In this document: positions 10,681 through 21,020 of the stretch, one piece after another
Layout: each line of letters begins with the position of its first letter
Numbering within the stretch: position 1 is the stretch's first letter
Assembly: GCA_040767085.1 (NCBI GenBank)
Contig: JAXGPF010000011.1
Coordinates: 161,369-225,368 of the forward strand
Direction of reading: 5' to 3'
DNA from: Kiritimatiellia bacterium
GTDB taxonomy: Bacteria > Verrucomicrobiota > Kiritimatiellia > JAAZAB01
Length of the DNA: 64,000 nt
Made by a program: the position numbers and the translations under genes
The notes under the pieces: generated by a model
Database searches by the model: none
Told to the model about the DNA's origin: nothing
The model's input: the letters and a program-made list of their open reading frames with translations, nothing else

Positions 10681-11973
10681 CAATCTTTTATCACGACGCC
10701 GATTTGTCCTGCTGGATTCACTGTATAGGCCTTGTCATAAACAGTGTTGCCGACCGAAGCAGACTGGATCAGAAGGTCTTTAACGCCATCAGTGTTTGAG
10801 GGGGCTACAAATAAAACCCAATTTGTTCCCTGACCGGCGATATTTGTTGTTCCCGCAGTGCCGACGCAGATATTGGTGATATCGAAACCATTACCGATAT
10901 TCGGCTCACAGTTTGTGATTTGAACGACGTTTCCTCCTAAATAGGGACCTTTACGCGGATTCACTTCTTGTTTAGGAGTAAACTCGTAGGCTCCCACATC
11001 CACAATCCCGCCATAGATCCTCGAAAGACCATCAAGGTCCATATTTGTCCCAGCAATATCAATAATCTCAACCAGATTATCATTGAGTCCGGCATTGACA
11101 CAAATAGATATCGAGCTCAAGTGATAATTATTGCTCGTGCTGTTCACAAAGCCCAAGGTTGAAACACTTGCGGTAATCATCCCGGTAGAACTCCCCGACA
11201 CATTATAAGTATTGTTCACGCAGGAGTAAGAAAGGCGTGAAGACATTGCCGCATTGCCACAGATATCCCCTCCTTGCCCGCCAGCTGCAACTGAATTATC
11301 AACAACTATGCTATTGAGAATATCAGCGGAACCGGAGACAGCGATGCCTCCGCCATTACCGCTATTACCATTGATGCCTCCTGTTCCGCCGGCTTTAGTG
11401 CTATTTTCTAGGATAGTGCAGTTCAGCACAATCAGACTGCCATCCACACACAATCCACCTCCGGATCCGCCTGCTCCAGCAGTTGATTTATTCCCATTCC
11501 CGCCCATTCCCGTATAGTTATCAGTGATTAAAGAACTGACAACAGTACAATTCGTTATGCATCGAATAGCACCTCCACTTCCGCCATTACCTCCATTGCC
11601 ATCTGTAGCTCCTCCAATTATAACGGCCAGTCCGCTAGCGGCACCTATGCCACCGGAGTTCCCTTTGAAAACACAGTTAGAGATGCCTACAGATGATAAG
11701 GCGTAGATGGCGCCTCCACTGCCGCCGGAACCTCCATCTCCGCCATTTTGCCCAAACGCATTTTGGCCGATTTGACCTGCCCCTCCTCTGTTATTACTTA
11801 TGATCGAATTTACAAGTGTTGAGTATTTTTCAATGAACACACCTCCGCCGTTACCTCCACTGCCACCATCCCCGGCATCCCAGTTTGATGCATTATGGCC
11901 TTGACCCCCGGAGCCTCCAATATTTTCTGTAACGATCGTATCCACAAGACAGATATCAGAGACAGAATATAGT

Positions 11974-13814
11974 CCTAAAATAAGCGAGGTTGTTCGAGCG
12001 CTCTGATTTTTCGCGATTTATGCACCCAAATTGATTTCCCGGTGCAATTAATTTGATGATTTGCGTCCGTTTTGCCCGGTTCCATCAGCACACACCTTGC
12101 TTTCCTCAAAATACAGCCGGTTTTAAATACACCTCGACTGTAACTTGCGTCTCGCTCCAGCCTTCTGCCCGGGAAAATATGTTGTCAGGCGAATTTCGTT
12201 CGCCGGATATATTCCCATGCCGCAAAAAAATCCGTCAGCCAGGAATTGTACGCCAAAAGCCGATATGTAATCCGGCGCCCCTGCACGATAATTTGTGTTG
12301 GCAATAATATTATGGCGTGTAAAAACCGGCGAAACTCCATGCGCAGCAATTCCGTCCGGCGATCTTGACGCCGAACCATCATCGCAAACCACGCCTTTAA
12401 ATTCCATGCCAGCGCCGCCATTACCATGTACGCCCAATTGCTGACCAGGTCATCCACCGGCATACGCATCGCATTCACGCCGTTTTTCAGTTGCTCGATC
12501 ACGTTTTCCTGGTCGCAACGGCCGTTGGCCAACTCCACCACCTGCGCCAGCGTCAGATCTTCACGGGTGGTGACGTAAAAGAAATATCGAATCTCGTCAA
12601 AAAGCATCGCCTCGCCTTTAATGTGGCTGATGTTTTTACGCAGCGCTATCACGCGATAATCCCGCCCGCATTTCCCAGGACGATACCGGAACTCCGCCAC
12701 CTGCTCCCCGTCCAAACGCAGATTCTCGAACTCGCGCCGCACCACAATCTGCTCTTTGACTTTTTCCGGACGCCGCCGCGCAGTCGTGGCAACCTCATAC
12801 CTGGCCTTCCGCTTTAGCGGCCGGTAATCAGCCTCTGACAACGCCTCGGCTCTTTTGACCAACGCGGGATGCGCGTCCATCCCAAACACAAAATCCACCC
12901 GCTTCGCCCAACCATCGAATTGTGCCGTGAGCGAAAAATCCGTGTCGCCCCGCAAGGTGATCGTCCGGGCATGCGGCCATACCAGATCGATCGCCTTGTC
13001 AATCCATTTAACGCATCCTGCGTGACTGGCGACATTCCCCGGACGATTCTCGATAAACAGCACCTCTTTGGTGTTCGCCAAACTCACCACCAGCGGGTGA
13101 TACCCCCACACCCCCTTGTAGGATATTTCCATCCCGCCCTTGCATTCCCCAAGCGTCCCGGCAATCGTGCCGTCAACATCAATCAACGCGTCCCTCAATA
13201 ACTTGCGCCCGCGCCTCTTCCATACCCGCCGCCGCCCGGCATTGAAGCACTCCATCAACCGCTCTATGTCCATCGGCGTAAAACGCCGGGTAAAATCGCC
13301 CGCCGTCGTCGGATCAGGCATGCTCTCGGTTTGCAACGCCTTCAGAAACACCTCATCCTGGCGTCTTAATTCAATATCTTCCAACCGTACGCCGCCAAGT
13401 AAAACGTTGTAGCCAATATTTAATACATGATCGGATTCATGATACGGCATATGCAGCTTCAGCAATCCCATTCGCCGGTCAATCTCGTCGGTCAAGCCAA
13501 GGCGCTTAACCATCTGGTGGATCGCCCCAATCCCCCCGCAATTCATCCCCTGCGCCTTGTCCGCCATCTCGTAATGGATGTTGCTCGCCGACAAGACCGG
13601 CACCGTGTTGTCAACATGCCCGCCGCGATAATTTGCCAGTTTGCGCTCAATTTTGTTCTTGCAATTCCGTATGATTTCCCGGTAACCTTTGCTCACTTGA
13701 AATGCCCCCTTTCGTTGGTCTTAGTGTTTTATATCAACTTCACTTTAACCAATACTGGCGGGCATTTCAAGCATCTTATCCTCTCATTTCCATAAATTCT
13801 TCGCTTGGATCAGG
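11974..13814 (-). mobile_element. IS1380-family insertion sequence, 1841 bp, 6-bp target duplication TATAGT
   Basis: Imperfect IRs CCTAAAATAAGCGA and TCGCTTGGATCAGG; TATAGT at 11968-11973 and 13815-13820. Confidence 0.9.
12185..13696 (-). CDS. IS1380-family DDE transposase
   Basis: 503 aa; IDVDGT, GYHPL, LRGDTDF and [14 protein letters not shown] motifs; intact ORF. Confidence 0.9.
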   Translation of the reverse strand: MSKGYREIIRNCKNKIERKLANYRGGHVDNTVPVLSASNIHYEMADKAQGMNCGGIGAIHQMVKRLGLTDEIDRRMGLLKLHMPYHESDHVLNIGYNVLLGGVRLEDIELRRQDEVFLKALQTESMPDPTTAGDFTRRFTPMDIERLMECFNAGRRRVWKRRGRKLLRDALIDVDGTIAGTLGECKGGMEISYKGVWGYHPLVVSLANTKEVLFIENRPGNVASHAGCVKWIDKAIDLVWPHARTITLRGDTDFSLTAQFDGWAKRVDFVFGMDAHPALVKRAEALSEADYRPLKRKARYEVATTARRRPEKVKEQIVVRREFENLRLDGEQVAEFRYRPGKCGRDYRVIALRKNISHIKGEAMLFDEIRYFFYVTTREDLTLAQVVELANGRCDQENVIEQLKNGVNAMRMPVDDLVSNWAYMVMAALAWNLKAWFAMMVRRQDRRTELLRMEFRRFLHAIILLPTQIIVQGRRITYRLLAYNSWLTDFFAAWEYIRRTKFA

Positions 13815-14891
13815 TATAGTCCTCCTCCATCGCCTCCCATCCCGCCATTACCACTCGGCGTGGGGCCACCAATATTGCCATTGCCGCCGGTCCCCCCTGC
13901 ATTCCAGGTAACGGAAGAGTTCTTGATGGTCAATTTGGATACGGCATATATGCCACCGCCCTTTCCTCCACTCCCTCCACTTCCTGCACGATAAGATGAA
14001 TAAACGGCTCCGCCATTACCACCAAATCCCGCTTGGTTACCAGAAACAGTACAGTTTGTTAAATCAAGAACCGCTTCTGAATATATGCCGCCGCCATATC
14101 CACCTGTCCCGCCAGTTGTTTTGTTATAAAAATAATGACCTTCTCTCCCTGTGCCTGCCAAGTTCCCTAAAATCATACAGTTTCTAAGGATAAGATGTCC
14201 ATTTCCCTTGGCGCATATGCCTCCCCCTTGTAAGTCTTGATCAATTGCACCATCACCAATATTTAACGGACAGGTCCCCGGATTCTTACCGTGCCCGCTA
14301 CTGAAATACAGGCCATCGAGTTCGCAAACAGCCCCGCTGCTACTGGCCCAGTAGAGAACATGATAGCTGTTTTTCCCGACAATGGCGCTGGTATTGGTAA
14401 CTATATTTTGAATAAAGCCAAGACTGTTGGTTAGGTCATTCCTGTCCAAATCTCCACTCAAGATTGTAAGAACGTTGGTATCACACCTTTCAGAGGGAGA
14501 CGACTCTGCTCCAGTAAAACCTCCGTAGATGCTGATGTCATCCTTTGCTATGAAGCCGGTTTGGTTCGTAGTGCGGTAAACACCTCGCGCAATCCACACT
14601 TGGTCACCAGAAATGCTTTCATTGATGGCGTCCTGAACATTGCTTGCCGCACTCGCCCAACTGGTGTAAGGCGCGGAAGGAATTTGGTTGCATTGGGCAA
14701 CATAGTGTATGGGAGTCGCATCCGCATACACATGCCATATGCCAAAAACAATTGATAATACAATTAATATAGACTTTTTCATGTTTTGTAAAACGCCAGC
14801 CAATATGCCTATTAATGCAAGATTTGTTGTTGTTGTGTTGTTGTTGTTGTTGTTTGGTGTGGTGGTGTGGTGGTGGCGGAAATCTTTAAAT

Positions 14892-14920
14892 ATCATATAA
14901 AGTCGCCAAGGTATTGTCAA
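14892..14920 (-). promoter_or_regulatory. Sigma70-type promoter for the giant surface protein gene
   Basis: TTGACA (14920-14915), 17-bp spacer, TATGAT (14897-14892). A divergent TTGACA lies at 14963 on +. Confidence 0.6.
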
Positions 14921-14999
14921 GAGTTGTAGCAGAGTATTTCCACGACAGAGTATTTCAAAATCTTGACAAGGCGGCCGGGAAACACAATGATGGGCGGAT

Positions 15000-15920
15000 A
15001 TGGACTCGATCTATACCACGACCATTACCGATGAGGCCCGGCGCCGGGGCATCGGCGTCGAGGTGATTGACGCCGAAACGCCGATTTTTCTCCTGAAACA
15101 CGGCGGGCGGGCGGTGCGCTGTTATAACGCGCTGACCGACCGCGTGGGCGCGGTCACGTTCCATCTTGCCCAAGACAAGCACCTGGCGAACCAATTTTTG
15201 GCCCGGCACAATTTTCCCGTGCCCCGGCAGGCGAAATATGCCGACCGGGTGGCGGCGCGGGCTTTTTTGCGCCAAGTCGGCTGCCTGGTGGTTAAACCCT
15301 GCCGGGAATGGGGCGGGCGCGGGGTCTCGGTGGCCATCCGCACACCTGCTGAACTGGATCGCGCGGTGCGGCGCGCCCGCGTTTTCAACGAGGATATCGT
15401 GCTGGAGGAATACGTCCGCGGGATTGATTACCGGGTGATCATCGTGGATGGCAAATTCGTCGCAGCCATCGAACGCCGGCCGGCGTCGGTCACCGGTAAT
15501 GGCCGGGATACGATCCGCGCGCTGATCCGCCAGGCGAATGCCCGGATGCGAAAGATTGACCCGAGTTGCCGGATTCCGCTGGACGCTGAAACCGCGCGTA
15601 ACTTGCGCCATTTCAACTTGAATTTCGACGCCATCCCGCCCGCCCGCCGGCGTATCCAAGTGCGTTTGACCACCAATTATCACACCGGTGGCACGGTGCT
15701 GGATGTCACGGATACCGTGCCGCGCCCGCTGGTCAATCTGGCCCGCCGGGTGGCGCGCCTGTACGGGATTCCGGTCATGGGCGTGGATTTCCTCGCCAGC
15801 CGGTCAGGGGCGCCCTGCCGGGTGGTGGAATTAAGCCCGGACCTTGCCATTTCACCCCCGGAAGGCGCCCGGGTGGTCGTCCGTTTTATGGATTATCTTT
15901 TCCCGGAGACAAAATCCTGA
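15000..15920 (+). CDS. ATP-grasp domain protein (Ngg/cyanophycin-synthetase-like)
   Basis: VVKPCREWGGRGV, VLEEYVRGIDYRV, NYHTGG, GVDF motifs. Confidence 0.75.
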   Translation: MDSIYTTTITDEARRRGIGVEVIDAETPIFLLKHGGRAVRCYNALTDRVGAVTFHLAQDKHLANQFLARHNFPVPRQAKYADRVAARAFLRQVGCLVVKPCREWGGRGVSVAIRTPAELDRAVRRARVFNEDIVLEEYVRGIDYRVIIVDGKFVAAIERRPASVTGNGRDTIRALIRQANARMRKIDPSCRIPLDAETARNLRHFNLNFDAIPPARRRIQVRLTTNYHTGGTVLDVTDTVPRPLVNLARRVARLYGIPVMGVDFLASRSGAPCRVVELSPDLAISPPEGARVVVRFMDYLFPETKS

Positions 15921-16614
15921 ATTCGTGACGGGGTTTTAAAATTTTTGCTCATGCAAAGACTTTTGAATCTTGATATAATATCAGTAGCATCCCATAGAAA
16001 ACCACTTTATGCTCTCACAAAGCTGCAAAGAAGTTGCGGATAACTTACCACGGACCCTTTTTTATCCACAGATTACGCAGATTTTCGGCCATAAAGAAGA
16101 TGGGAATTGTTTACCACAGAGACGGATGAGCGGATGGAGGGATGAGCCATCCGCCTTCGCTCGGATGCTATGGCGGACACAGCCCGTTTTCGCTAAAGCT
16201 ATGGCGGGCAAGCACAGGCATAGAAAAGAACGTAGATGTAATGGAATTGAATGGGATGTCGTGCTGTCCGCTATGCGGACAGGGATCGGCTGACACGCTG
16301 GTACACGAATCAATTCGGGTATCAGCGTGTCAACCGATCCGTCAGACCGGCAGATGCCGGTCTGGCACGGTAATTGGCAATACATCTGATCATTTTGCGC
16401 ATTTTGAATATTTCTGTATCTGTTTTAATTGTAAATTGAATAAATCTTTGTGCCTTCGTGTCTTTGTGTGAGTATTTCTGGATTTGTTAATTTACGCCAA
16501 TCTCCAATTTTCTTGAAGAATATTGCCGTTTTCAGGTGATAAATTATATCTATGGGATAATACCTGTCCCGCTTCAAGCGGGATGCGGTATACTGACCTC
16601 ATCTCGGATTCAGG
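15916..16614. mobile_element. MITE-like element (699 bp) with CCTGAAT...ATTCAGG ends and 5-bp TSD AAAAT
   Basis: AAAAT at 15911-15915 and 16615-16619; ends match the element at 38628-38861. Confidence 0.8.
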
Positions 16615-16617
16615 AAA

Positions 16618-17379
16618 ATGCTAAAGCACTATAAGGTGGTCGGCTGCAACGTGTTGCGGCGCGAATTGAGCCGCTGCATCGCGCGTTCACCCCAGATTGT
16701 GGACCTGGTGATGCTGCCGCAGGGCTTGCATGACCAGCCGGATATCCTCCGCCAGACGGTGCAGGAGGCGATTGACGAACCCCTGCGCCCGCGGCAGCGG
16801 CCGGGCCGGCCGCTGGGTTCGGCCAGCGCGGATCGCCCTTATGACGCCATCCTGATCGGGTACGCCCTGTGCAGCAATGGCCTGGCCGGCATCACGGCCC
16901 GGGAATGCCCGGTGGTGATTCCCAAGGCGCATGACTGCATTGCGCTGCTGCTGGGCTCGCGCCAGCGTTACCGTGAATATTTTGACAGCCATCCCGGCAC
17001 CTACTGGTACAGCGCCGGCTGGATTGAAACCTGCCTGATGCCGGGCAAGGCGCGCCTGGATGCGGCCTTGCTCGAATATGCCAAAAAATACGGCGAAGAT
17101 AACGCGGAATACCTGCTCCGGATGGAAGCCGACTGGCTGAAGAATTACCAACGGGCCGCCTACATCGACAATCGATTTCCCAATGCCGAAGCGGAAAAAA
17201 GTTTTACGAAAAAGTGCGCGGATGAACTGGGCTGGGAATACGCGGAACTGGCCGGGGATTTGACCCTGCTGCAGAAGCTGGTGGACGGCATGTGGGATGA
17301 ACGCGATTTCCTGATCGTGCCGCCCGGGCGCGTTTCCGCGGCCGACCCGGCCCATCCCGAGGTGTTGAAATTGGCCTGA
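16618..17379 (+). CDS. DUF1638-like domain protein
   Basis: GLHDQP, IGYALCSNG, AHDCIALLLGS, PGTYWYSAGW motifs. Confidence 0.75.
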   Translation: MLKHYKVVGCNVLRRELSRCIARSPQIVDLVMLPQGLHDQPDILRQTVQEAIDEPLRPRQRPGRPLGSASADRPYDAILIGYALCSNGLAGITARECPVVIPKAHDCIALLLGSRQRYREYFDSHPGTYWYSAGWIETCLMPGKARLDAALLEYAKKYGEDNAEYLLRMEADWLKNYQRAAYIDNRFPNAEAEKSFTKKCADELGWEYAELAGDLTLLQKLVDGMWDERDFLIVPPGRVSAADPAHPEVLKLA

Positions 17380-17427
17380 GCCGGAAGTCATTGTCAGCAA
17401 AATCAATAAATTGTTTAATGGTTGCTT

Positions 17428-18463
17428 ATGGATCATCGTAATCTTTATCCGGCCCGCGCGGCCGCGGCCGCCTGCCTGACCATTCTGATCCGCCTGGCCG
17501 CGGCGGCCAATCCCGCCGATGCCACGCAATCTCCGCCGGCCACGCCCCTACCCCCGCACCTTCCGCCGCAGCAGATGACGGGAATTGGCATGTCGGCGGC
17601 GGGCAATGTGCAGCCTGCGCCGGAGGCCCGGAGCGCGGCGTCCCGCCGACCGCCCTGGATAACCTATTACTATACTTATGAACAACAGGCCGGGTTCGAT
17701 CCGGACACCATCAATTTTCCTTATGACAAGGTGATCATGCATGACACCTTCCTGCAACTTGCCTTCCCGGTCTATCTACGGCCGGAATGGCGGGTTTTCA
17801 GCGGGGTGGACCTGCAATGGACGCAATTCGATTTTCAGGGCGGGGGCGATCCGGAAAAATATTCCGAAACCAGGAACCTGTTCGCCTGCGGCGTGCCGAT
17901 CCGGGTGTCGGCGTCTTTGCCGAAAGACTGGACCGGCACGCTCATGGCTGCACCGGCGGTGTACAGCGATATGGAAGATGTGGACAGCGGCGCCTGGCGT
18001 TTTACTGGTCTGGCGTTGGGGGGGGTACCGCTGGTCGCCGCAGTTGAATTTATCAGCCGGCGTGGCTTACGGGCGGATCATGGGCCGCGAGATGCCGTTC
18101 CCGGTGGCCGGCCTGACGTGGGATCCGCGGCCGGATTGGCGGATCAACCTGATGTTTCCGAATCCGGGCGTCATTTACACGCCGACAGAGCGTCTGCGCT
18201 GCATGGCAATGATTACGCCTTCCGGGAACGAGTGGGATGTCCGCAAGGATTTCACGGGTAAAACCGGCGATTTTGACCTGCGTTTCAAGGGATTCCGGAC
18301 CGGCTTGCGCCTGGAATATGAAATCACCAGGCGCCTCATCCTCCGCTGCGCCGGCGGGTTGGTATTCCACCGTCGTTACGAGTTGCGGGAAGACGGCGCA
18401 ACCGTGGCCGAAGCCGATGTGGATGAAACCTGGTTCGCCCAGGTTGGGCTGGCGGTGCGCTGA
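17428..18463 (+). pseudogene. Outer-membrane beta-barrel-like protein with +1 frameshift in a G8 tract
   Basis: Signal-peptide ORF continues into a second frame (GGYRWSPQ...WFAQVGLAVR) if the G8 at 18018-18025 is G7. Confidence 0.7.
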
Positions 18464-18481
18464 TCCGTCTGGAACGTGTTT

Positions 18482-19438
18482 TCACGCATGGTTGCGGAGT
18501 TTCAGTTCCAGCGGATGCGGCTGCAGGTAATATTGGGCCTGCAGGTAGTCCGACTGGCAGCGGCGCGCATGGTGCCGGAGCAGGGTGACGGGCACGATCA
18601 ACGGCACCAGTCCCTGGTGGAATTGCTCGATGACCTCCAACAACTCGCGCTTGTCCGGCTCCTCAAGTCTGGCGCGCAGGAATCCGTACATGTGCTGCAG
18701 GATGTTGGTGTGTTTCTTGACCGTTGCCAGGGTCTGCATGGCCTGCATTAACCGGGTTTCGTAAGCCGGGATGGCCGCCTGCGCGTCCCGCGCCCGCAAG
18801 CCGGCCAGCAACCGGCCGAGCCGGCGCATCCCGGTTTCGTTATGGGACATGATCAGCAACTTGTTCCGGGCGTGGAAATCCATGAGCGTTTGCAGCGTCG
18901 GCGCGGTCCGCAGCGCCTGGCGGAACCGGTGCAGAGTAAACACCCGCACAATGAAATTTTCGCGCAGGTCGGGGTCATGCAGCCGGCCTTCGTCAATCAC
19001 CGGCAGGTTGGGGAAGCGCTGCACGAAAGCGCCGGCGAAGAGCCCCGGAGCCCGGCCGATGACGTCCCCCTTGTTGTTATAAACCTTTACTCCCTCCATG
19101 CCGCTGCTGGGCGAGCGCGATTTGAAGATGAATCCGCATAAGTCCTCGCGTTCCAACGCGTTAATCCGGCCGGCGGACCAGGCAGCCATCCGCTCGGTGT
19201 GATCCAGGCCGGTTTTGACGGTCACCAGTCGCGGCGCGGCCGGATCACCGGTCAGGCGCATGGCCTCCCGGGGCACGGGCAGCCCGCATTCGACTTCCGG
19301 GCAGACGCCGACGTAATTAAAATACCGGCCCAGCGTATCGGTCAGGTACCGGTCGTGCTTGTGCTGCCCGTCATACCGCACCGGCTCACCCAGCAGGCAA
19401 CGGCTGATGCCGATTTTGATTTTATGGTTCCTCCGCAT
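18482..19438 (-). CDS. DUF523 + DUF1722 (YbbK/YbgA-like) protein
   Basis: GISRCLLGEPVRYDG, CPEVECG, KSRSPSSG; C-terminal QYYLQPHP. Confidence 0.88.
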   Translation of the reverse strand: MRRNHKIKIGISRCLLGEPVRYDGQHKHDRYLTDTLGRYFNYVGVCPEVECGLPVPREAMRLTGDPAAPRLVTVKTGLDHTERMAAWSAGRINALEREDLCGFIFKSRSPSSGMEGVKVYNNKGDVIGRAPGLFAGAFVQRFPNLPVIDEGRLHDPDLRENFIVRVFTLHRFRQALRTAPTLQTLMDFHARNKLLIMSHNETGMRRLGRLLAGLRARDAQAAIPAYETRLMQAMQTLATVKKHTNILQHMYGFLRARLEEPDKRELLEVIEQFHQGLVPLIVPVTLLRHHARRCQSDYLQAQYYLQPHPLELKLRNHA

Positions 19439-19553
19439 AATCTATGGGCGACAAATCCATTATAAAAGCTTTAATATGTTGCCGCAAAGCTTGTTACGAC
19501 AATAGAGACACACATATGGCTTGGTATCCGAACCACGGCTGCGTCATTCTAGG

Positions 19554-19930
19554 CGGCTCGCCCGGAGGTCTCGCCCTACCCACGACAAATGTCTAGGAAA
19601 CGGTAGGGCTAGGTCTCCGTACCGAGCCGTTTGTTCTGAGAATGACGCAGCCCTGGTATCCGAACGAAGACACCGCCGACCGACAGAAGATTCACCACGG
19701 AGACACAGAGGCACAGAGAAGCACCGTCGCCACCAGACTCCTCCCATCATCCAGCAGAGGCGTTGCGCGAATTTGGCACAGGGCGATCATTGTATCTAAT
19801 CCATGCAGGCCAGGATGGCATGATCGCCCTGCGCTAAATTCGCGCAACACTCGTTCGGGGAGCGCACCAGAGCATGGCCTGCACCGCAACAGATCTTTCC
19901 TCTCCATGCCTCCGTGTCTCTGTGGTGAAT
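19554..19930. repeat. Cluster of REP-like palindromes and nested inverted repeats
   Basis: Inverted GTAG-type pair 19554-19580/19602-19629; 29-bp IRs 19690-19718/19902-19930 and 19762-19790/19820-19848. Confidence 0.75.
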
Positions 19931-19982
19931 TCCCCATTCAATCCACATATTCTGGCGAAGAACCGATTTTATGCAGGGCAGG

Positions 19983-20948
19983 CTATTGGTCTTCAGCCAG
20001 GTTTTGGATGGCTTTTTGAAGCACGGCCGCCGAGGCCCGCAGGGCGGCCAGTTCGGGTTCGGCCAGCGGGCCTTCAATTACTTTCTTGACGCCTTCCCCG
20101 GCCACGATGCAGGGCACGCCCAGGCACACGCCGCGGATGCCGTATTCGCCATTCAGCATGGCGGACACGGAGAGCACGCTGTGCTGGTCCCGGAGCACGG
20201 CGCCGGCAATCCGCACGAGAGCCAGGCCCACGGCGTAATACGTGGCGCCCTTATACCCGATGATGTGGTAGGCCGAATCGCGGACTTCCTGCTCGATTTT
20301 TTTGCGTTCGGCGGCCCAATCGGCGCACCGGGCGCACACCGGGCAATAGACATCCAACGGCATGCCGGCGATGTTGGTCAAAGACCAGGCGACGCTCTCG
20401 CTGTCGCCATGCTCCCCCAGCACGTACCCGTGGACGTTGTGCGGATCCACACCGCAGTGGCGGCTTAAAATGTGGCGCAGCCGGGCGCTGTCCAGCACCG
20501 TGCCGGAGCCGATGATGCGTCCGGATTCCCACCCGCTGGCCTGGATGGCCACGTAAGTCATGACGTCCACGGGGTTGGTCACCACCAGCAGGACGGCTTG
20601 GGAATGCTGCGCCTGAATTTCCCGCACGATGCCGCGGATGACCGCGGCATTCTTGCGCAGGAGCTGCAGCCGCGTCTCGCCCGGGCGCTGGGCCGCGCCC
20701 GCGGTAATGACGATCAATTGCGCATCCGCATAGTCGCCGGTCTCGCCCGGCCGGATGGACACGGTCGGGAAAAACGGCTGGCCATGCACCAGGTCCAGCG
20801 CCTGCCCGCGCGCCAGGTCGGTATTCCGGTCGAGCAGGACAATTTCATCGGCCAGCCCGCTTTGGGCGAGGGCGTAGCAGAACGTGGAGCCGACGGCGCC
20901 CGCGCCCACCACCGCCACTTTCCGGCGTTTTGTTCCAGAGATAGTCAT
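19983..20948 (-). CDS. ldh: L-lactate dehydrogenase
   Basis: GAGAVG, AGAAQRPGETRL, NPVD, GSGTVLDSAR, GEHGDS, KGATYY motifs. Confidence 0.93.
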   Translation of the reverse strand: MTISGTKRRKVAVVGAGAVGSTFCYALAQSGLADEIVLLDRNTDLARGQALDLVHGQPFFPTVSIRPGETGDYADAQLIVITAGAAQRPGETRLQLLRKNAAVIRGIVREIQAQHSQAVLLVVTNPVDVMTYVAIQASGWESGRIIGSGTVLDSARLRHILSRHCGVDPHNVHGYVLGEHGDSESVAWSLTNIAGMPLDVYCPVCARCADWAAERKKIEQEVRDSAYHIIGYKGATYYAVGLALVRIAGAVLRDQHSVLSVSAMLNGEYGIRGVCLGVPCIVAGEGVKKVIEGPLAEPELAALRASAAVLQKAIQNLAEDQ

Positions 20949-21020
20949 GGCATTTACTGCTTCAGGATGTTCAACTTGTTTCTACCATAGCCAGGGCGTT
21001 ATGTCACGGCGGAATTAAGA

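Larger units (their letters stand above)
5985..14782 (-). pseudogene. Giant secreted/surface protein (~2316 aa reconstructed): Gly-rich beta-helix repeats, IPT/TIG-like, six Kelch repeats, MBG/FN3-like domains; interrupted by IS1380
   Basis: Signal peptide MKKSILIVLSIVFGIWHVYA at 14782. Removing the IS and one TATAGT joins GGGLY to SVSDICLVDTIVTEN in frame. Confidence 0.88.

Noticed and set aside
14783-14920. N-terminal extension with HHHTTTPNNNN
   Set aside because: Translation of the promoter and low-complexity leader; the signal peptide starts at 14782.
16062-16070. Canonical DnaA box TTATCCACA
   Set aside because: Isolated, lies inside a MITE, and is 6 kb from dnaA.
16363-16378. Sigma54-like TGGCAC-N5-TTGG
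   Set aside because: The -12 element is mismatched and it overlaps a repeat hairpin.
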